Of a DNA stretch of 64,000 nt, positions 55,201 through 64,000 are shown piece by piece. This stretch comes from Kudoa neothunni. Its lineage: Eukaryota; Animalia; Cnidaria. The notes under the pieces are model-generated. The model was given only the letters and a program-made list of their open reading frames with translations, was not told the DNA's origin and did not search any database. The position numbers were made by a program, and so were the translations under genes. The stretch's first letter is position 1; each line of letters begins with the position of its first letter. Location: the NCBI GenBank assembly GCA_964304625.1, contig OZ199838.1:14813907-14877906 (forward strand), given 5' to 3'.

Positions 55201-58200
55201 CAATTGCTCAATTAATCTTATCGTTGTTTTTCTTTATTAAAAATATTAAAGTGTTATTCATCTTATAATTACTCAAAAATTAATTATCATTTTAATCATT
55301 ATCAAAACAATATTTTTATTTAGAAACATTATAATATTAATTGCTTAATTACCGAAGATAGTTTATTGCCACTCACTAGTAAAGAATGGAAATTAATAAA
55401 AATTGGCCTTCTATTTGCTCATTAATTTTTAAAAAGATATAAGTTCAAATAATGAAATTATCACTTCAAATAATGCTTAATTATTTTCGAACTGTATATG
55501 TTTAACATTAAAAAAATTATAGATAAATATTCGTCCTACTGACTTGGTTATAAAAATATGTTTCAACTTGAAAGCAATTCTATCCGTTTATGTAACACAA
55601 AGGTAAACCTTTAATAGCGGATTAATTAGATGCCCAAACAACTTCACATTTGGTGTGTATAGAAATTTAAGACCTTGTTTAACATCAAAATTAGTCGGTA
55701 TATTTTCATGCGTGCTTTCGCTGATAGATTTTATTATTTTTTCAAATTCCTCATCACTATCAGATGATTGTTCGAGATTGTTTTCGTCATTCTACATGTA
55801 ATATTAATTAAAAAATGGCCTCGCGAAATAAAATAGATACTATGTCGTGAGTGAAATTTAAGAGAGTTTGTTTGAACGGTGTGATTGGTGGTAGTTGAGG
55901 CTTGTTAGATTCGATGTTATCTTGACGATTACTGTTTGTAATATTCTCATAGGCTCTTTTTGGTGTAGCCGGTTCCGGTTGAGCTATTAAGGCTCTTATT
56001 TGTTTGGACAAATAAGGGATCCATTCATCTTCAGCCAAAAGTACTTTTTGCTGTTCGATATACTTAAAATGGAAAGATGGAGGAGGTGTATCGGGAAGTA
56101 AATTCAACCCAGCTATAGCTATTAGAACGACTTTTTCAAGTGTCAACATATGATATAGTGTGTCGTCTTTTATGGAATTCTCCTCAAAGCGACTATTCCT
56201 AAAATCACAAAGTAGCGATACATATTTCAATAAATTCAGCACAACATTTACCTTCTTGATGATTTCTCGGGGGATTTTGTTCTATTTACTAGACAAAATA
56301 TCTTATGAGGAAAAGTTAAAAAAATAAAAAAATACGGGACTCTGATTTTTCTTGGATAATCTTGAAAACGTTAAAATTTTTACACTGGGTAGTTTTAGTT
56401 TACTGCCTCAACTTGCTCCAAAAGTAGACCTATATTTTCCAATGCTGCAGCATCGTCGGCACCTTCTAACCGTTTACAGAGGGTTTGTAACATTTCCTAG
56501 AGGAAAAATTAAAAATGTGTATTTAAATAGGAGTGCAATTATGAAAAGCAAATTATAAAATTATTTATTGTTCACTAACCCTCTAAAGAGAGGGAATAAA
56601 AATAACCATTTAATAGAGAGAAGAATGAAAATAAGAAATGTTTTGATTAAATCTCTATAAAATACCTCGTTTAAATGTTGAATAAAAAAAGTTGAAGACA
56701 AATATGAAATAAGAAGGAAAGTCTTCTTATATCTGGTAGCCGATATATCGATTTTTAAGCTGTGCTCGCTGGCTTTTATACGTAGAAACAGAGATTAAGA
56801 GAATATTTCTAGGATGAAATTGATTAAGCCATAAATGTATTAAGTTTTAAATATTTTTCAAACATGATAAAATTAAACATGCAATATAAAAAACCATAAA
56901 AGAGCAAAAACACTTTTGTTATATTTTGAAATGTAAATTAACATCATAAATAACCATCTAATTTAAAAATTTATGATAATTTGATAGTATTTTTATGATA
57001 CCATAGCCTCATAAAACTCGTACCCTTCAAATGCAAATATAAGAGACTGCTGATTTAAACTGAACGCATAACTAGTCATCACTGATAGAAAATTATAATA
57101 AAACCCCCTTCAATGATCGCATAATTATGACTGAAAAATTTTCTTCTTATTTGTTTCTACAAAACTTTTTCTTAAATTACATAAGAGGTTGAAAATTAGA
57201 ATTTTATACAGCATTTTTCCTCGTTAATTCAAACTAACACATTTTCTGGTAGATAAAATCAGTAGAATATCCTTAACACAGCCGTTCGAACTTTTGAATT
57301 AGGAGTGAAAATTAGATCAATGGCGGCAATTCACCGCGAAAATGTATTTCCTTAATAATTAATATTTCTATCTCAAGGAACCTAACATTGGTTAAACGTT
57401 ATGATATATCTTCGTTTGGTTTATTTTATAAATTGATTAGGTATATATTATTTAATTTTCTTGACCGAATTCGATTATAAACGAGTTTGTGCAACCAACT
57501 ATAAATCCGCATAAAACTTTTGCGTCGCGTGATTTTGTTAGGCTACTTTCTCTCTTACTTTAATTCTAATGACTATCAAATTCAAAAAATATTCTAACAA
57601 AAGAAACTACTGCTCATTTAACATTTTGAAGGTTTGTGTTTTTTGAGAAAACTGTGTGAGAATAATTACTTAGTAGAGTTTAATAACATTTTACTAAAAA
57701 TATATAAAATAAAAACCTAATTTAAAACAAAATTAATTAAGTCGATCTGAATTTATTTTTTTCTCATTCAACAATATTCAATTCCTCAACACATAATGGT
57801 TCGTTTAAAGGTATCTTTAAACACTCCATGATTTAGACAGATAACTGAAAGATTGTATATTTTTATAAGTTGAATGAAATAAATATTATTATAAGGGGAG
57901 AATCTAAGTAGAAAAAAGCTAGATCCTTCCATCTCTAATGTCATCACCTTGTTAGTTATCAATAATAAATCATCTGAAGATTTAAAAAAATACATAAACA
58001 TTTGATAACTAAATAAATTTTATATTTGCGGAAAACTTATACTTTGTGATCAAATACAAAGGAGGGTAAATATTTAATAATAGAAGTCTCGTTTAAAAAT
58101 GATCATAAACAATGATATAAAGAAATCAAACCTTCAAAGCTGACAGGATATTCAAATTTATAGGCTCACTATCCACAACAATATCTAAACGAAAGAGTAT

Positions 58201-59609
58201 AAACATAAAAATACGTTAATATTTACCTATAATCACGTAGATCAAATCCATTAATGGAGTTCCTTTTAAAAACACACAGGATGTGTTATATTTTTGGCAC
58301 ATTTTTATCACATTCACAAAAGAAGTTCTAACCGAACAGCCAACTCAGACTCAAATAAAAGAATATCAATAGAAAATTACGCATCCAAATTTTTAGCGTT
58401 TTGAGACAGCAACTCACAAGTTTTATCGATACAACACTTCAGGTTAGCCTTCATTTTATCTTCCACAAATTTTAAAGTCTCATTCACGTTGATTTGATTC
58501 GAAATAACTTTGTCGTTTGAAAGCATTTTTAACAAGCTGTTTATATCCTTATTAATACAGTTGATAACCTAGAAAAAAATATATTTTAGTTTCCAAAGTT
58601 TTACACGATTACTTCGTTTAAAACCGATGGGAATGTATGTTCAAAATTATCATTGTAGAGCGAATGAGAAAATAATATCATTTCGAATGTCTCAAAATAT
58701 AAGTCGCTATTTCTAAAGGATATCAAACAATATTTGATAATTTCATATAATACTTTGGAAAATATTCTTCGCAAAAATTTGCAACTGTCATTTTGAAATC
58801 GTTGATACGCTAAAAATTGAGTATTTTGTTAATTTGACAAATAACTTAACTGATTTTTTTATCAGTATCGTTAAATAGAATAAAAATAAAGCTCTCTTTA
58901 GCTTCGTAGAAAAATACCTCCACCAAACGAACATCAAACCAATGCCTCACTAGTGTTGAATAAAATTGTGTGGATATTTCATGGAGAACAGCCTTAAAAT
59001 ATCAATTAAACATTTAAATTATTATTGGATCAAACTACCGTTGTTATGTGTGCATATAAACTATTAAACTGAGCTACTGTATATTCTGCAATCGTAGAAT
59101 GTGTCGATCTTAATAAACTTTCCCATATTACCACGATAGATTCGATAAAATTCAAATTATCGGACCTATTTAGTTGAATTCAGTTGTGTTCGCCCGATAA
59201 ATTTGCATTACATCACAGAAATTAGCACCAGTAAAGATTCTTGGAGTTTTACTTCACCCATCGCTATACTAACCACTTTCTAAATATTTTTGCATTCAAG
59301 ATGGCTCAAAAACACACTAATACAAACACCAACCTTAATATATCTCCCATATTGAATATTTTGATTATCTTTAAAAATATTAAAAACCTAAATGCAAATT
59401 TTATAATTTTTTTAGTAAAGCTTCAATATTTTAATTATGAGATAATTGTTTCATTGTACTTTTCCAATATACACAACACGTTCATCTATTCCGAGCGTTT
59501 GGTTGGAAGCATATCGCATGTATTCATTCATCTTGGAAATTTTTTTTTATTATCAATCTAAAGAATCACTATGTTTTACTTGCTTAGTTACAGGTATATT
59601 CTCCTCCAT
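52270..59609 (-). CDS. SYMPK: Symplekin (3'-end processing scaffold), divergent, more than 25 exons; internal exons only partly traced
   Basis: The C-terminus (CFSNRNVYNQESVAVIIQELVQMNPPPESLMETV...YPQLSGFVVNTFQSLINNQVWNFDYVWPSFIKCC...SFPVIIQLPLKQL) matches Symplekin_C. Upstream exons are helical, HEAT-like. The start codon is tentative. Confidence 0.85.
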
Positions 59610-60644
59610 GTTTAATTCGTTTGAGCTCGTCTATTGTCGGGATTGCACATATTTGAGGAATAAATGGTTTTTTCGGAGTAGCGCCAACCTATCTCGAACA
59701 TGTTAATGTAATAAATAAAAAAATGTCGGTGAGAGAAAATATTCTAATCACCTATTTCTCTCTTGAACTATTCTATTGATAGGACTTAAGGAGACATTAA
59801 TACTTTAATTGACCATTATTGAATTTTTATGATTCGAGACTAGAAATCTATAACATTTAATTACGAAAATTTTAAGATGTTATTTTAATTTTGAGGCGAT
59901 AAATTTTTATTAATCATTAAATATTAAAAAATTTCGAAATTGTTCATTATTATTGGCCCTATGATACAATTTCTGCTTTTTCCGCTCATGTGCATATTTT
60001 TTTGGGGCCACTTGAATTATTTTGGAAGACTATAAAGTTATTATAAGTAAATTCATTCATATTTTTTAACAAAAATAGTGAGTAGTGTCAATTTCGTAAA
60101 CACAAAATAAATTATCTATAACAATAACGAGCAAAAATATAGTTATCGGATTTTAAAAATTACAAACTTTTTTTGTTTTATGAAATGATCTCTAAGCTTG
60201 GGGTTTTTATAAAATCTAATATTACAATTGAAATTTTGGTTCCTCCAAAATTTTAAAAACACTCCTGAAATTTCTTTTTTAAATTAATCTATTATCACGA
60301 ATTTTCTTTATTTACAATAACTCTGCAAGATCACAATTAATCCCTCCAAAATTTTGAGTCCATGGCATCATCTACAGTGGATGACGTGTGGTTCGTAATT
60401 TGAGAAAATGTTACAAAATTAACGTGCACATAAGATTATAATAAGTTATTTATTTCTCAAACTATTTAAAAAAATTTATTTGACGAATGATAATATAAAT
60501 TAAATATTTTTAAATTAATGAATTACGTTTTTTATGGATTATTTTGTAGTGACGTGTAGTTCGTAATTCTTTCTTGGAACCAATGGGATTAGGAACCACC
60601 CCTCACCCACTACAGTAAAGATGATGAACGCTCATATTGTATAA

Positions 60645-61318
60645 CAGGAGTGGCCAGACTTGCCAGATTGGGAGTCAATTTTAAGGTTTCCTAAATTTTC
60701 AAGAGTCACAAGGCATTAAAATCATGTTTGTACACCTTCCTTATTTAAAACTTACATTTTTGGGAAATATTAAGAGAAATGATGTAGAATTACAAATAAA
60801 GATTTTTTTATTTTGTCTTATTCGGTCAATCACTGGAAAATTTACTTATAATTTTTACAGATATAATTTATGATGGTTTTTCCAAATAAGTAAACTAGTA
60901 GTTACTGATCCAAGAAACTTTTTCCCTATGGAAAGGGTCGCAAAAGTAATAAAGCATTTTTCATATTTAATCATGAATGGTAGTCTGACAAAAAATTAAA
61001 TTAAATATTTACGAAAAAAAGTAATAACACAAGGTTTTTATATTTCCGTATTATCAATGAGCTGACGGTAATCTGGTTCGTATGCTGTTACGCTGTCCGA
61101 ATTAGTTCCGTCAGGTGTTTGTTTGTGGGGGATCCGCGATGCCTAGATTTTACAAACTTCATCATTGACTAAATAGACTCACAACAATAAGTTGTTCTAA
61201 ATATAGAAACAATATGGTAGTTCGTAACTATGTTTTCCAATAAAAAAACTTCAACTCAAAACAATTTTTTTAAAAGTCACATCACAACATTCAAAGAGTG
61301 ACTATTTGGCCACCCCCG
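60645..61318. mobile_element. hAT-type non-autonomous element
   Basis: TIRs CAGGAGTGGCCA / TGGCCACCCCCG. 8-bp flanks TTGTATAA / TTATGTAA. Confidence 0.65.
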
Positions 61319-62501
61319 TTATGTAACGTACTGCTATCAGAATAATTCAGTTTTCACTTTCGATTAGACCAGAAAGCATTAAATATGTTGAAGAGGATAC
61401 TTTTTTACTCTGTAATGAAAATGACGTGTAATTTATATCACTTCGATGAATATCAAAATTATCCACAAAGATATAAATATTATACTTAAAATTTGATCAA
61501 AATAATTAAACTTATGTAATAAATAAGAAATAAGATTATTTATCTTTGAATATAATCAAATAATTTATTGATAATAACTAGAGGATTTCTTATAAAAAAA
61601 TTAACAGATTTATTAAATAAATGTTTGGGAGTGGTGCAATAAAAGGTGCGAAAATCAAATTAAAAAAGAAACTTCATATCATAAAATATTTTATAAATTC
61701 TAATGATTGTTACGTTAGTTATTTATTTATGTGATGTTCCTCATATTTCTGTATTATTCTAACATGAAATATCTATTTTCGTTCAGTGTAAATAGGTTTC
61801 TTGATATTATCAAGGTGTGGAAAAAACATAATTTCACCTGAATTCTTACATTTATTTTAATAATGAATTAATTTTTTTATATTTATTTATAATATTCCTA
61901 ATATTTATCTGTTTAAAAGATAATTGTTTATCATTGCAATCATTCAAAAAAAAAGATTTAACTATTTTATTGTGTTAGTAATATTATATATAATGTTGAA
62001 AACTGCATGGATATCATTTTTAATCATAGAAGAGATATTGTGATAAAACTTGGGAGTAGACATTTATTCACATACATATGCAGAACTACTCAGGTTTTAT
62101 TTTTTTATCTTATCCTTATTTATCATAAACATTTCAATAATTATTTCAATATTTTTATTAATAATGGAGAAAATAAGTCTCAAGTTAACTTAAACATATA
62201 TTTTTGGGTTTTAAAATGATTTTTATTTAATTTTTTTCAACAAAAAAATAATTAATATTGGATTATAGAACGACCTTAAGTTTTAACTCTATGATTTGAC
62301 CAAGATAATGGAATGAATAATTATGAATATTATTTTTAATATAAAAAATTCAGCAAATATATGCTTTAAAACAACTAATTCATTAACATTAATTAGGGAG
62401 TGAACTTCACCTTTTTATTAACGAACTTGTGCGAAATTTAAGTCTTGCGTGAAACCCTATGGAAATTAATTGGTTTATTTATAGAAAATTATACTAATAA
62501 C

Positions 62502-63844
62502 ATGAGTTGTTTGTTGAGAAAAAAGAATAATTTAAACTTAATTCGTTCTTGCTTTCAACGAAACGTTTCCAATCAACCAAAAAATCTGAAAGTGTTTAGT
62601 TCAAATGAATTAAATTTTCTAGGTTATGTACATGGAGGGTCCATTTTGAAATCCCTCTGTGATAGCGGCCTAAAAGAAGCTAAAGAATTTTTATGTTGTC
62701 AATCTGGTATTATTTTGGAAAGTAGTTTAACATATAATAATGTTCCAAGTTGAGAATCGAAAACTTGTTGACGAAATGGTCCTGGCTCGAATGGAAAAAG
62801 TCATGTTTAGAAAACCTGTAAAACTGAATGATTTGATTGTAGAAAAGTCTGCTGTAGTTTTTGTTTCGCCTCATAGCTTATGTGTGGAATGCTCACTTCA
62901 GCTACTCCCTCACGAACTCAATTCTCACAATAAATTCACAGTGTGCGAGTAGTGCATTATTATTGTATTTATTTATGATATTTATCGATAAAAGTGCAAT
63001 ACTCTGGTTTGTGCCCGTGTCTATCGAAGAGTGCGACAATGGTCGCACAATTAAACTCATCCCCAAAAGAATTGAACCAACTTCATCACTCCCATCCTCA
63101 AGCAACAACAATATATGGCATAGTCTTTACAAAAAACAAAAACTTGAAAGAAATAAGGATGACATAGAATTTCAAGTATATGTGAGTTTTGGATAATATC
63201 CTTGCATGATCGAAATATTCAAGACTAAATCATGGAAAAGTTACATGGCTACGGCTCCTCACTCCCATGCCACTTATACAAAAGCTTCAACCATTCCAGC
63301 TTCGTTCGCCATAAATCAACTTATAATTTCAATGGACCATTGTTACAATGGCAAAAGAAATATTTTGAATGCGGCTAGTCTCCTAAAGTTGATCGATGAA
63401 ACTGGAGCTATTTCAGCAATGAGACATGTTAATTGGAATTGTGTGACTGGTTTCATCGGTAACTAATTCAAATTAAAAAATATTATTCACACTGATGTAG
63501 ATAAGGTTAATTTTCATAATCCAGGAATTAAGGGACATTTTTTGTCGATTTATGCCCAAGTCGAATACACCACTAAATCAATTGTGTACGTTGGAGTGAA
63601 AGCGTTTGATGAAAATCATCTAACAGGTTAAATACTGACTTTTATTTGTAATTTTCTACCTATTTTTCTAGGCCTAAGGAATCTTATTTGTTCCTGTGTG
63701 TTAGTGTACGTAGTGGTTCCTCGCAATAACCACAAACCCTCAGTTCCAGAACTCATAATAAACCATCCATATGAGTGGGCGAAATTTGAAGAAATGCAAG
63801 CTCTTCATAGTTACTATCGAGAAAATTATTTCAAAACTAAATGA
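62502..63844 (+). CDS. Double-hotdog acyl-CoA thioesterase (ACOT7/BACH-like), about 6 exons
   Basis: NELNFLGYVHGGSILK, LARMEKVMFRKPV, LLKLIDETGAISAMRH...CVTGFIDKVNFHNP. The N-terminus is basic and lacks acidic residues. Confidence 0.85.
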
Positions 63845-64000
63845 CGCCTTAAAAAATTTATAAAATTGTTTATATTTATTTTATTCCTTAATATACCGTT
63901 TATTTAACCTAGATCTACAATCCGCGTGTTTTAATCGGTAACATTTTAATCTTTTACATTAAGTTATGATAAAAGTATCTTTTATGGTAAGTTCTCACTG

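Noticed and set aside
31666-59609. Functional RNA-processing cluster (UPF1, symplekin, H3)
   Set aside because: The genes are separated by transposons and unrelated genes. Nothing suggests more than chance proximity.

Overview
AT-rich eukaryotic (animal) genomic DNA, not prokaryotic. Genes are split by many tiny (~40-55 nt) introns, and a few long introns are filled with transposons. Highly diverged proteins and this intron style suggest a reduced parasite such as a myxozoan cnidarian; that is inference only. I reconstructed seven host genes by hand-splicing: an ADAM-like metalloprotease, a divergent intron-containing histone H3, exocyst subunit EXOC8/Exo84, UPF1, an Ena/VASP actin regulator, symplekin and an ACOT7-like thioesterase. 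Between them lie decayed mobile elements: pogo/Tigger, two IS630/Tc1-like, two MULE, Merlin/IS1595-like, piggyBac with related TTAA MITEs, hAT MITEs, non-autonomous Helitrons, a probable solo LTR and a tRNA-derived SINE. The most unusual observations are: (1) an H3 with a rewritten K27 neighbourhood (TSRKGV, S28 lost) plus K122R; (2) an Exo84 with no room for its PH/Ral-binding domain; (3) an Ena/VASP gene whose start codon appears split by an intron (AT|G), so unspliced RNA reads ATG-TAA; (4) an ADAM lacking a pro-domain and transmembrane segment. I found no CRISPR array, rRNA or convincing multi-gene novel system. All gene models are manual and need RNA-seq confirmation.
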